From the NCBI GenBank assembly GCA_965655095.1, contig OZ296649.1:21700001-21764000 (forward strand): a stretch of 64,000 nucleotides of DNA. The letters run 5' to 3'. Positions 1 through 12,590 of this stretch are shown in pieces. The position numbers and the translations under genes are program-made. Within the stretch, counting starts at the first letter, position 1; the number at the start of each line of letters is the position of its first letter. The DNA is from Haplodiscus bocki. Lineage: Eukaryota. Below the pieces are notes generated by a model. That model did no database searches and was not told where the DNA came from. It saw nothing but the letters and a program-made list of their open reading frames with translations.

Positions 1-885
1 GAAAATTACAGAACTACACACTGTTCTCTGATTTAAACAATCCCCATGGCTTGAAAATGTTTTTAACAAAACGCAGATAAAAGATTTTGAGCAAAAAGCA
101 AATTCGAAAAAATCTTTCCACAAAATAATGATTAATGCTTTCTATGCAAAACTCATAGAAGATTTAAGAAAACGTATGAGCCCTGATTTCATAGATAAAA
201 CGGATAAAGAAAAACTAATTGAGACACAATCAGAAACAACAGTTCAAGATAAAATTGGAGAATATGAAAAGATTAATTTTATTTCTTTTAATTTGGAAAA
301 CACTATTTTTACGACACTTATTTTTGTAGGATTTTGTATGTTAGAATTATCGGATTTTGTATTGTGTTTGTGGTGATTTTGTAAAATACTTCCTTATTTT
401 GGCGAAGATATTGTATAGTTACTTTATATCAATACGGATTCAATTGTATTTTCTTTTGCTCCAATTAAGAATTTATTGGATGATTTGAAACATTTTAGTA
501 AAGATTTAGACTTTAGTGAGATAGATTCACCACATGAACTAATTTCGGGAAAAAAAAGTAAAACGAAGAATGAAACCTGAATCATCTCCAGAAGATGAAA
601 TAGATGAAGTAGTGTTTTTATTGAGTAAGTATTGTAATAAAAAACCAACGAACTTAACTGAATCGAAACACAAAGGAGTACAATCACATATTACCTACAC
701 CTTAGAAGAAGCGAAGTTTTATTTAGAAAATAAATGAAACCAAATGTGGTGTTAATAAAACTTTTAGAAGTGAAAAACATGAATTTTTAATGGTAAAACG
801 ACCAAAGTTAGCTTCAAATACTTTCGATAATAAAAGATGCTATATCAATAAATTTGCAAGTATACCATGGAGTCATTGTGTATAT
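1..885 (+). pseudogene. pPolB C-terminal part, lineage 1 (runs off the window edge)
   Basis: FKQSPWL (~32-52); motif B-like HKIMINAFYAK..EDLRKR (~119-175); IFVGFCMLELS; motif C-like LYINTDS (~422-442); terminal FDNKRCY..SIPWSH. Confidence 0.9.
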
Positions 886-907
886 GATGATAATAATATT
901 ATTTCAA

Positions 908-1580
908 ATGGTTGAAAAAATTACTAGTCTTTTTATAAACAAGATTTATGCCAAAATTCTAAAAAAAACAACTTATGCTACCAAAGAAACTGATGTATTT
1001 TACGTAGATGATACTTGAAGCACGGATTTATTAGAACCAAACGATTAAGGAACAACAAATACTAAAGGTCAAATATAAAACTCTGTAATTATCGATAATT
1101 TTTGTAAAATTGGATGTACTATTCCATTGGGAAAAATGCTCAAACAAAAAAAAATCCGATTGAAAACATTCTCAATTTTTCCAAGAGAAAACCAAATTTA
1201 ATTGAGACTAATGATGGAAAACAAGCTGTAAAATTTTTATATCATCTCCCAAAACAACTGTTACAAAAGTAATCGCTACTCATCAAAACGAGCAGTATTC
1301 GATGAAAGTTGTAACAGAACAATTAAAAATCTCCATAAAAACTTGTATTTGGAAAAGGTACAGGAAAATGGATCGATGTAATAAATACAGTAACAAAACA
1401 AAACAAATATACAAAATATCTTCATTTAATTTGACACCAATTCAAGTATCTTTTAAGAAGAATGAGGGATTTTTTTACATACATTCATTGAAGAAAAGTG
1501 AGACAATAAAACCAAAGTCTAAGCTAGGAGTTTTGGTTAGAACTGCAAACAGGAAGAAAGTTTTCATAAAAGGTGATGAT
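908..1580 (+). pseudogene. Polinton-type rve integrase, N-terminal and core part, truncated at ...KVFIKGD
   Basis: Degenerate YVDDT*STDLL, VIIDNFCKIG.TIPL, KRKPNLIETNDGK, LTPIQVS, KPKSKLGVLVRTANRKKVFIKGD. Confidence 0.88.
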
Positions 1581-2104
1581 TAGTGTTTATATATCGAATA
1601 TATTTATTCCCTTTTTTTGTAACCCCACATAGGGTTTTGTAGATTTCATGATTTTGAGAAGATGAGTTCGGTAATGAAAATCATACGTTTTTGCAATGTT
1701 GATTACCAGCAAAAATTTCAGTTATCAATTTCTGGGTGTATTGTTAGGCACCAGATTCCTTATGAAAAAGCGTAATTTTAACCAAAGAAGAAAAGTATCT
1801 TCAACCAGAAAAAAAATAACTATCAAAAAACTAACATACTTATCCAGTCACATCAAATGCATGAGCAATTACCAAATCATAAATGTAAATTTTTTTAGGG
1901 TTAGTATTTTGCTACTCCATAATGAATGTGGTGTTTAACTGTACAAGCAAAAACTGATCACTGAAAACAATATTCATAATTAAAATTGCAACAAAAAACA
2001 TGATTTTCATTTCCAAATTCATCGTCCAAAAATCAATAAATTTAGAGAATCGTAGGTGGTGATATGAAAAGTGGGGAATTTTTGTAATTGATAAATGCAC
2101 ACTG
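1581..2104. repeat. ~525 bp imperfect palindrome ('M', copy A): ~200 bp inverted arms around a ~120 bp core
   Basis: 1661 GATGAGTTCGGTAATGAAAATCA pairs with the reverse complement of 2001-2023 (GATGAATTTGGAAATGAAAATCA); termini TAGTGT...ACACTG; homologous to 46632-47163 and 41904-42238. Confidence 0.8.
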
Positions 2105-2204
2105 CTTTTTACAAAGTTTAATTGTAAACATAACAGTAACCAGTTCTTTATTTTCAAAAATTTAATATAAATTACAAAAGTTGGCTACCTCTTCTACAGT
2201 GAGT

Positions 2205-2960
2205 TATGCTAATGATTTTTTTAAACTTTATAAGGGCAAATAAACCAAGTGTATGAACTGTGATACCGTCAATAAATCCCTTAGCAGATCTGGATGTTAT
2301 GAACACATTAGATCAAATATCCTCTTACTAAAAACAAGAGGCTTAACAAGATGTGATATATGCAACAATGTTTAAACTGAAAATGGTCGACTGGTTTGTA
2401 AAAATTATGCAAATATTGTTGCACTGATATAAAGATATTTGAACGGGAAAACCGTATTACATCCGAAAACGGTCATGAAAACAAAAAAAAATTACTTCAA
2501 GAACAACCTCTCGATAATAAACGGAAGCTTTAACATTATTTTCTGATGTTTGCGATTTGACTTCGGAGGAAAAATATGGCGACGGCATTTAGAATCAAAT
2601 AAACATCTTCTTAAAACAGGTAACTTTATCAAAACTAAATGTGATACTTGTAGGTTTGATTCACCACAAAATTATCTCAAAAGGAATTTAAATGCAAACA
2701 GATACAAATACAATCTTCGTGAAAAAGAACATTATCTTCAAAAATATTAACCCCAACAAGCAAACAACTGTTCAGAAACAAAATGTGGAAGGTGCAATAA
2801 ATTTTTAAGAAGTGAAATAAGAGAAACCCTTAATCAATAAAAGAAACGCGGAGAAAAAAGTTCATCAAAGTATTTTTTAAGTGAAACTTGCAATATATTT
2901 GTTGAAGAATCAAATACTAAACACAAAAAACTTTAGCACACATAAGAAAATATAATGCAG
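2205..2960 (+). pseudogene. Array of C2H2-like (CxxC...HxxSxxH) zinc fingers upstream of, or fused to, pPolB
   Basis: CMNC..EHIRS, RCDIC, DVC..WRRHLESNKH, KCDTC, KCGRC, ETCN..KH. Confidence 0.7.
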
Positions 2961-5900
2961 AATAAACAACAAAACCAAATTCCAAAAGTGAAGAACCAAA
3001 TGAAAACGGGAAAGCAATTAAAATTGAAAACATAAAAAGAGCGGCTAGCACTGATTGTTCATTTGCTTACCACGAGAAACAGCACAACTTTTCAATCGAA
3101 TTTAAATCTTTAGCACCAGATTATGCTATTACATTTATCAAGATTTCCCAAAATGCAACATTTAACATGAATGATTTGAACAGAATACTTATAGAAACAA
3201 GTAGAACCTATGCAACAGTAAGTCACAAATAATATTTTAAATGCCCTGTATCCTTTTATGCTTTCTTTGAATAAAAAGGATATGATGTTAGACGTGATTA
3301 GTTTATTATTATTGCAACTGATTTTTACCTAAATACACCACAGGAAAGATTTGTATTCACCAATTGAAATTATTAAAAATAACATCCAACCAGAGTTACA
3401 ATCTATAATTGAAAATTTTGAGTAAAAGTAGTTCCGGATTTAGATTTGAAAGTCTTACTTTTGTGGTCAGAACGTATTCACAAACTGGAAAAAATTGGTG
3501 GAAGCAGTTACATTGATCTTCCTCATTACCGTAGATCAATTATTAACCCTCAAAATCATTATGATAGTAATTGTGCAATATGGTCAATCTTAAGCAAAGT
3601 TTCTTCAGAGGAACAATTGTATTTATACCTAGAAGATATGTAAAACATTTATTTTAATACAAGAAAAATACAGATTTCAGTGATGGATTTTAAATTAAAG
3701 ATATTCGCAAATTAGGAAGTTCGAAGAATTTCTGCAATAAAATCTTTGAACTTGATAATGCTAAAAATTTTTACGAAGGTGCTTTTAACCCAACATACAA
3801 CTCGATAAAAAAGAAACTATAAATCCTTTTGATTCATTGCTATACAAATAGCAATACTGTTTCAAAAAACAAACGCATGCTTTTGTCGGTTCACCAAACA
3901 GGACAAATTTATGTAGAAAATGTTTGTCATCCTATTCCACAGGAAGCTAAGTCTACACCAGGGATTCTGCTGAAACATGAACCATGTAAAATGAATCTTC
4001 CAGATGATAAATATTTTAAAATTACTATGTTTCGTTACAAACTAGTAGCATTACATTCTACAGAGTATGCAGACTTCGAATGCAATAATATTGCTATAAA
4101 CAAAACAAAATCGAACACCATATTCTTTACTGAGCAAAAACCTGTCACTTACGTTTTAGGCAAATTTTCCAAATTAGAAGAATCTCTTAAAATCTATATA
4201 TATTACAGACTTTGGTGGTGTATGTGTAAAATAATTTGTGAAATATATAACAAAATTACATAAAAACTTACTTCAGAAATATAGTCATACTAACTTCTTT
4301 TCGAAAATGACTGAAACAAAGTAAGGATTTTGATAAAGCTGATAAATGCTGGATATGTGAAAGGAACTTTGAAAAGATGAAGAAGCATTTTGTAAAAAAT
4401 ATAAAACATTTAATAATCCTAATGAAACAGTGAGCAATAACAAAAAACTGTCAAATGTAGAGGAGCATCATATCTTGTATGCAAATTGAAAATAAGATCA
4501 CCGTATTCACATTTTATGCCTATGGTTTTACATATTATTTCTAGGTATGATTCTGTTTTTTAATGACAACTAATTCCACAAAAACTTTTCAGAAAAAAAA
4601 ACGAACTTTAAGGTAATACCGAGAACAAGAGGAGAATATTTCACAGTTTTTCATGGTCATGTAATGTTCAAAAATTCCTAAAGTTTCAGGAATTTTCATT
4701 TAGGAAATTTAGTAAAAACATTGAAAGTTTCAGATATATATTTTTAAAAAACGTGTTTGGTGATCGGTGTGAAATTGTAAGAAGGAAAATGGGATACCAT
4801 ATGAAGCATATAAATCTATAGAAGTTTGCAGCAAAACTTTATCAGATCTCAAAGTAAAGATTATTCTTCATCATTGAAAGAAAACACCGGATCCATCTGA
4901 TACAAGCGAAAGATGTAAAAAATATTAGCTTAAAGCTGAAAAAGAATTTTTTATCTTTCTTAAAATATGTGATTTGTTAATATTAGCAGATGTTTTTACT
5001 GGATTTGTAATAGAATCATCTGAAACCTAAAAATGAAAACCATTATGTTTTGTGTCATCACCACGCTATACATATCAATCTGCATTAAAAATTACAATTC
5101 TCCAAAATGAATTTTCACAATCTGAAGATTTATTTCTACGTGTTTAAAATGCTTTACGAGAAGGTTCTTGCGGTGTTTGTGGACCTCGTTTTGTTGAAGG
5201 CAGTGAGAAAATTGTAATATTATGCGTAAAGGAAAAAAAATACATGGATGATGTATGTCCCAATGATTAGTTTCTATTGAAAAGAAATTTACAAAAATTT
5301 TTACAACAGAAGATGTTACAATAACACCAGAAGACTCCGATGTTGGATAGGCTGTAGATGTTAATCCAAAATCCCACGACAACATAAAAAAACAACATGC
5401 TTTCCACTTTGTTCGGAAAATTAGAAAGTGGATACAACATACTTCACAGACGTTTGTGAACAGCATTAAAGCAGCAGACTAAAAACCACGAAGAAAATTA
5501 GATTGCAAATGGACTGATAAATAAATGATTAATTTACCCAATAAAAACACCTAAAATTTTATGTTAACCACGGCACAGAAATTGTGAAAACAAACAAAAT
5601 TATGGTTTTAAAAGAAAAAGCAATTTTGAAATGATAATTGGATAAAAATACAAATTTTAGAACAAACGGCAAAAGCTGTGAATTTAGAGAAAAAATTCCG
5701 GTAGGTATGACCTGCAGCCTGTTTTTGTAAAAAAAAAAGGAGAATCCAGGAAAAAGAAAACAAACAAAAATTGTAACAAATTTTAAAAACTGTAAAAAAA
5801 GAGCAAAGTAATTTAACCTACAATGATAATACACAATATCCTTTTGAAGATGGTACTTCGCTTTGGAGCTGTACATTTCAGAAACAAAAGATTCTCCTGA

Positions 5901-6130
5901 ATAGGCCAATGGTAGTTCAATTTACTGTTTTATAACTGGCAAAAATATTTATTTATGAAAACTTTTATGATAAACCATAAGTATAATTGAGTGAAGAGTT
6001 TTTGCAATTCCAATACACTGATGCAGAATCAATTGCATAAGGTTTTGAGACGAGCGGCAAAGCCAGAAATTGAAAAACAAATTCACGAAACGTTTGATAT
6101 GTTTGATAACAGCAACCTAGAGACACAATT
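2960..6130 (+). pseudogene. pPolB lineage 2, copy 1 (N-terminus to just past motif C)
   Basis: GGSSYIDLP..IINPQNHYDSNCAIWSIL (~3497-3595), exonuclease YADFEC (~4066), KCWICE, CDLLILADVF, YGxCMSQ region, CxWTDK, QYTDAES (~6011). Confidence 0.9.
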
Positions 6131-6895
6131 TATTTACGAAATGAAAGAGAACTAGAGGATTCGAAACAAATAACAAAAAACAATGACAATTATATTGAAG
6201 ATGATAAAATTGAAAGTGATCTACTAAACCCTCTTTTTACACGTATTGTGAAAGAAAAAGGGACTTTTGTAAAAGAAAATTTATCTTAAATTGAATTTAT
6301 AAAGAGGTGCAAAAACTATTAGGAAAATAGCAAACGTCAGTAGTGTCAGATATAGTGTCGAACAATCAAATGAGGTAAAACGAGGTAAACCATCTTTTTA
6401 TATTCTGTTTTCCTTTTTTTCACCGCATAATGTAAAATCTGTTCTCAATTTCACACTTTTATTCAACAGAACACTTAAAAACATGCACAAATTCATGCCT
6501 TTTAGCAATTAATTGAAATAATGACACAAAAAACCCGGAAGAACGAGGAAAAAAAGACAAGGCTGGTTTTTTACATGTTTTGGTTGTTCAATACTATTTC
6601 TGACACTATTTGTAGACAAAAATTTGAACAAAAGACGTAGAAATCTGAATTTGTGTGTCCAAATCCGGTAAAATATTGATCACCGATGTTCGGGAGAAGA
6701 GAATATTTCAACAATAAATGCACAATTATTGTCAATTGCGATTAAAAATCAAATGTTTGTTCATCTTTTCTTTCATTTTAGAAATTAAAAAAGGTGTTTT
6801 TTTTTTAAAAAAAAAGGACTACCGTCAGAGTGCATGAGGATCTGTCCGCGTCACCAATAGTCGTAAGAAAACCTTAACAGTGTTCAGCTTCCTAA

Positions 6896-7070
6896 ATGTG
6901 AAAACAAGTCCTAATTGACAAATTCATCAAAACAATTTGTTCTAAACCTGCTAAGAAAAATTATGATACAATCAAAACTGTGGTCAAACACATTGAAAAC
7001 ACTTGGAGATTAGGTTTTTCAGATTTGGTAGAATATGGAACAAAAAATAATAAAGGTTTTAGATATATAA
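6896..7070 (+). pseudogene. Integrase N-terminal fragment
   Basis: DKFIKTICSKPAKKNYDTIKTVVKHIENTW..DLVEYGTKNNKGFRYI; near-identical (inverted) to 38735-38910. Confidence 0.85.
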
Positions 7071-7081
7071 ATTGATAGTAA

Positions 7082-7345
7082 TGTAAATTCATTACATGCA
7101 GCCTCCATTTTTCAAGAATAATTGAAGGTTTACAAACTGAAAGTTTTATTTTATTTTAGCCAGTTTCAATTCTAATGTCTCTTGTCGCTTTGTATGACTA
7201 TTTTTTTTACTTTATGTATTAGTTTTACTATCTCCAAAATTAGTGTTCCATTCTTGTTAGCGGGGATATTTCTAGAACGATCCATTTCAATTTGTAGAAA
7301 GTCACAATTCTTCATATCCATTTTTTCACGATTCACATTCACAAT
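7082..7345 (-). pseudogene. Minor capsid-like gene N-terminal fragment
   Basis: NKNGTLILEI..SHTKRQETLELK..EKWRLHVMNL resembles the starts of the genes at 15150 and 43000. Confidence 0.65.
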
Positions 7346-9320
7346 GGATGTGAAAAATCATTTGTTACATGTATAAGAGAAGTTGATGAAAGCTTACATC
7401 AAATATATAGTCGTACTGAATTTCCTTCAAAAATGACTGAAACAAAATGAAGAAGAATTCGATAAAGCTGACAAATGCTGGATGTGTGAAAAGAGCTTTG
7501 AAGAAAAGAAGAAGCATAATGTAAATATTACAAAAACATTCAATATTCCTGAAAAAAACAGTGAGCAATAATAAAAGTAAGGGATCGCCGAAAAAACATG
7601 AAAAATTCAAGGTGAGAGACCATGACCATTTAGCAGATAAACTCAAAGGAGCAGCATATGTTGTATGCAAATTGAAAATAAGATCACCGTTTTCACATTT
7701 TATGCTTACCGTTTTACATATTTTGTCTGGGTATGATTCTTTTTTTAATGACAACTAATTCGACAAAAATTTTTAAAGAAAACGAAATTTAATGTAATAC
7801 AAAATACAAGAACAGAAGAATTTACAGTTGTTCATGGTCATTTAAAGTTCATAGATTCTTAAAGTTTCAGGAATTTTCATTTAGCAAAATTAGTAAAAAC
7901 ATTAAAAGTTTCAGATTTTTCTTAAAAAAGGAGTGTTTGGTGATCGTTGGGAACTTGTAAAGAAGAAAATTGTATTCCCCTATGAAGCATATATATCTAC
8001 AGAAGTTTGCAGCAAACCTTTGTCAGATCTCAAAGTAGAGATGATTCTTCATCATTAAGAGAAAACAGCGGATCCAACTGATACAAACGAAATAAGTAAA
8101 AATTTTAAGCTTAAAGCTGGAGAAAGTATTTTTATCTTTTAAAAAGTATGTGATGTGCTTATATTAGCAGATGTTTTTACTAGATTTGTAATAGAATCAT
8201 CTGAAAGTTATATATCAAAACCATCAAGTTTTATATCATTACCAGGCTATACATATCAATCTGCATTTAAAATGACATTTTCCCAAAATAATTTTCACAA
8301 TCTGAAGATAAGTTTCTACCTGTTTAAAATGCTTTACGAGAAGGTTTTTGCGGTGTCTGTGGACCTCGTTATGTTAACCGAAGTGGGAAATTTGTAATGT
8401 TATGCATAGAGGAAAAAAATTTTTATGGTTGGTGTACATCGCAGTGTTTACTTCTAATTGAAAGTAAATTTATAAAAATTCTTAAAACAGAAGTTGTTTA
8501 AAAAACACCAGTAGACTCTGATAATGGATAGGCTGTAGACCTTAATCTCAAATCCCACGACAATATAAAAGAAACATGATGTTTTCCTATTTGTCCGAAA
8601 AATTAGAAAGTGGAGACAACATTCTTCACAGACTTCTGTGAACAGCATTAAACCAGCAGACTAAAAACCACAACGAAAATTAGATTGCGATTGGACTGAT
8701 AAATAAATGATTAGTTTACCCAATAAACAAACCTAAAAGTTTATGTTAACCATGGTACGGAAATTGTGAAAACAAACAAAATTATGGGTTTAAAAGGAAA
8801 ACGAAATTTGAAATTATCTATGAATATGAACACAAACTTTAGAGCAAAAGGCAAAAGCAATGAACATAGGGAAACCATTCCGGTAGGTATGACCTGCAGC
8901 CATTTTGATAAATGAGTGGAGAATGCACGAAAGAAAAAGAAAACAAGTGAAACTTGTAACAAAATTTAAAAATTGTAAAAACGAAGCAAAGTAAACTAAT
9001 TTGCAATGAATATACACAGTACCTTTTCAAAGATGGTACTCCAATTTGGAATTAAACATTTCATAAACAAACAAGTCTTTTTTTTAGGCCATTAATAATT
9101 GAATCTACTGTTTTATATTTAGCAAAGTTTTATATATATATGGAAACTTTTATGATAAATTACAGGCATAATTCGGCGAAGATAGCTTGCAATTCCATTA
9201 TGCTGATACAGAATCATTTGTATTAAGTTTTGAGACAAGCAAATTAGTCGGAAGTTTGTAAACTGGACAAAACAAATTGATACGTTTGATTTCAGTAACC
9301 TAAAGAAACACAAATTTTTC
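7345..9320 (+). pseudogene. pPolB lineage 2, copy 2 (endonuclease VII-like insert to motif C)
   Basis: KCWMCE, KVRDHDHLADKLKGAAYVVC, LHILSGYDS, FPYE, DVLILADVF..SLPGYTYQSA, CDWTDK, HYADTES. Confidence 0.9.
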
Positions 9321-9659
9321 ACAAAAAAATGACCTAGCTGATTCGAAACAAATAACAAAAAACTATGAAAATGACATTGGGGATGATAAAATTGGAAGTG
9401 ATCTACTAAACACTTTTCAAAGGTAAAGTGAAAGAACAAAACTTTTGAAACGGATGAAATGTCTAAAAATAAATCTATAAACAGATTCATTTACCTTTAG
9501 GAAAAAAACGTCAGTAGTCTCAGATACAGTGTTGAACAACCAAGGCAGGTAAAATGCCATTACTTATTTTTTACCGCATATTCTCACATATTTTCTGACT
9601 TTCAACCTTTTATTCAACATAACAATCTAAAAAACGCACGAATTCATGCATATCAGCAA

Positions 9660-11205
9660 TTGGTTTATTTATATTTTATGAACCATGTGATGTGCTGTCC
9701 TTAACAGTTCTTTTTTTGTTTTGTTAGAGAACCTTTGGAAACCTATGCTTTAAAGCCATTTCATTCTGTATCATTCCATTCAAGGCTTTACATATCAACG
9801 TGTGTTAAAAAGACAGAAATGAAAATTGAAATTTCACAAGCTAAAGAATTATTCTTACCTGTGAAAAAATTTATTCCAGGGGTTTTTTCAGGTTTTTGTG
9901 GACCTCGTTACTTTAAATGAAGTGGAAGTATTTTAAAAAAATACGTAGATGCATGCAAATATTCATATGGTTGGTGTTTATCGCAAAGTTTACTTTTTAT
10001 GGAAAATAAATTTACAAAGACTGTTACAACAGAAGATACTTCAAAAACACCAAAAGTTTCTGATATTGGATATGCTGTAGACGTTAATCTGAAATCCCAT
10101 CACAATATAAAAACACGAAGGACATATATTCCATTTTTTTCGAGAAATTACAAACTGGATACAACATTCTTAACAGATTTATAACAGCATTAAAACAACA
10201 GACTATGGACAACAAAGAAAATTGCTTTCCGATTGGATTGATAAAACCTAATGTTTTCCACATTTAGAAAAAAAAAATTTTATGTTTCTTGGCACGGAAG
10301 TTATGAAAACAAGTAAATTTATGAGTTTAAAACCAACCATGAAAGCATATTTACATATAAATACAAACTTAGGAGCAAGAAGCAAAGCCATCACATTTTG
10401 AGAAAAAAGTCCCAGAGGTATGACTTGCATCCTACTTTCGAAACTAATGGAGATCCCAAGAAAAAGAAAACATACAAAAATTTTATCAAGGTGTAAAAAA
10501 TTTAAAAACGAGCAAACTAATTTAACTTGCCAGGACTATACACGATATCCTTCAAGAAATGGTACTTCTTTTTGGATTCACACGCTTGATAGAGAAAAAA
10601 TACTATTTTGTAAGCCAATACTAATCGAATTTACTGAATTAGAAAAAGCATAGTTCTTTGTGTATTAAGCATTTTACGATAAACTGCAACCGTATTTCTG
10701 TGAAGATAGATTGCAATTGCATTATACGGACACAGACTCAGTTGTATCAAGTTTTGACACAAGCAACCTGATTACAGATTGAAAAATTCGGGAAACGAAA
10801 TTTGATATGTCTGATTTCAGCAACCGAAAGAAACACCGAGATTTATAAAACACAACAACTGAAAAAGTTTTTGGTAATTTTAAAAAAGAACCACCAAGTA
10901 CAATTGATGTTGAATAATTTTGTGCATTGAAAGCGAAAGATAATTGTTTCAAAACTAAACGTGAAAGTGAACGTATACAACTAAAGGAGGTATCAAAAGA
11001 AGCATTAAAAATTGTTAAATTTGATAGAGACTTGAATTTTTTGAATGATATTTTTTTCAGAAGATGAAAATTCAATTAACGCAACACATAGAAACAAAAA
11101 TAAAAATCATACATTGGAAATACAATCAACAAACGAAAAAAAACTTTGTGAATTTGATGATAAAAAGGAAATATATAAACGCAAAAGAGAGTGAGTCTTG
11201 AGGGA
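9660..11205 (+). pseudogene. pPolB lineage 2, copy 3 (exonuclease III to C-terminus)
   Basis: CDVL, CGPRY, YVDA..YGWCLSQ (motif A), DWIDK, KPILIEFTELEKA, HYTDTDS (~10720-10740), GNFKKE, CEFDDKK. Confidence 0.9.
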
Positions 11206-11359
11206 AGAAATATCACCACTGTCTTTGTTTACCTTTTTCTACTGTGAATGCATCTATACTTTTATTACATGTCTGGTTTTGTATGTTGTTTTTAGGTTTG
11301 GGCAATTTTAACTTAACTAAATAAAAACAGGGATTTCTTTATTAGATTATACTAAATAT

Positions 11360-12590
11360 ATGAATGCTAAACCTAACTAAAATTTTAGTAAACCGCAAGA
11401 TAAATACAGAATGCGATTACTAAAGGTAGAAGAACAAAGTCCATTAAAACCAATGCTACAAAAAAAGAAGTATCAAAAGAAGTTGGATCATCAACAAGAA
11501 CTTTATCCAGACATGGAGCAGACATTTTCTTTAAAATTTGAGCTAACTATACAAGCAAGAAGCCCAAAAAGTTAAACCTGAAAAAAGACTGACACGAGAA
11601 GGTAAGTTAAAGAAGGAAGAAATGAACAAGAGAAAAATTGCAACTATATTGATACAGTTAAAAAAATTGTTAGTGATGTTCAATAAAAATAAATTTTTGG
11701 AGAAGTTAGGCCACAAACAAAACAAGTTGAAACAACAATGAAAGATTTTGCAGAAAATTCAGAAAAGGTATCCAATACAAATGTTGCAACCGCAGAAGAA
11801 AATTTACATAAACTAATTGGTAATGATGTAATCATAACCTAATTGTTAAATATTGCAGGAGAAATGTTTTTAAAAGATAAAAAAGAACTAGAAGAATCCA
11901 ATGAAACACTAAAAAACTATGAAACTTGCATTGGAGATTATAACAAAACTGATCTACTAAATACTAACCTTGAAAGTAATATGAAAAGAAAAACAAATTC
12001 CGAGGAAAAAAGTATAAAATAACTTCTCTAAATAGATTTCTAAACCTTTTGGAAAAAAACAAACGTAAACCGCAATTTTATAAACGAGTAGCACACGTTA
12101 AACTTACAGTAAAAAAGTCCACTAGCGTCATCATTTATAGGGAATTTTTTTGTAATTTTGAAAACGAAACATTCCTTCGTTTGTTGAAATATTAACTATT
12201 TCTGTTTTTATTTCATTTATCGATAAAAAAGAAATTATATCTACATAATTAGATTGCAACTAGACAAGAATCAAAGCATAAAACAATTGGTAACGATGCA
12301 GTCAAAGCCAAAACGTTAAATAAAGCAGGACAGATGTTTCTAGAATGTGAAAAAAAAATAGATGATTCAACTCAAATAACAAAAACTTGAAAATTACATT
12401 CGGGATAATAAAAGTAAACATGATCTACTAAACACTGTTTTCAACAATAATATGAAAAAAAACTTCTGAGGAAGATAGAAGATAATAAAAAAGTCTATGA
12501 TAAACTTATTAACCGTTTAGAAAATAACAAACGTGAGTAGTATCAGAAAAAGTGTTCAACAACAAAACAGATAAAATACGAATATTTTTG
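11360..12590 (+). pseudogene. K/E-rich, probably coiled-coil accessory gene with ~470 bp internal duplication
   Basis: 11811 AACTAATTGGTAATGATG recurs at ~12281 AACAATTGGTAACGATG; the TGATCTACTAAA motif recurs at ~11950, 12421, 6217 and 9399. Confidence 0.5.

Noticed and set aside
1640-2050. Two convergent small genes sharing a DEFGNEN peptide
   Set aside because: The shared peptide follows from the DNA inverted repeat; frames are full of stops in every copy.
5092-9490. Phe/Leu-rich minus-strand ORFs that look like membrane proteins
   Set aside because: They are antisense shadows of A-rich PolB pseudogene sequence.
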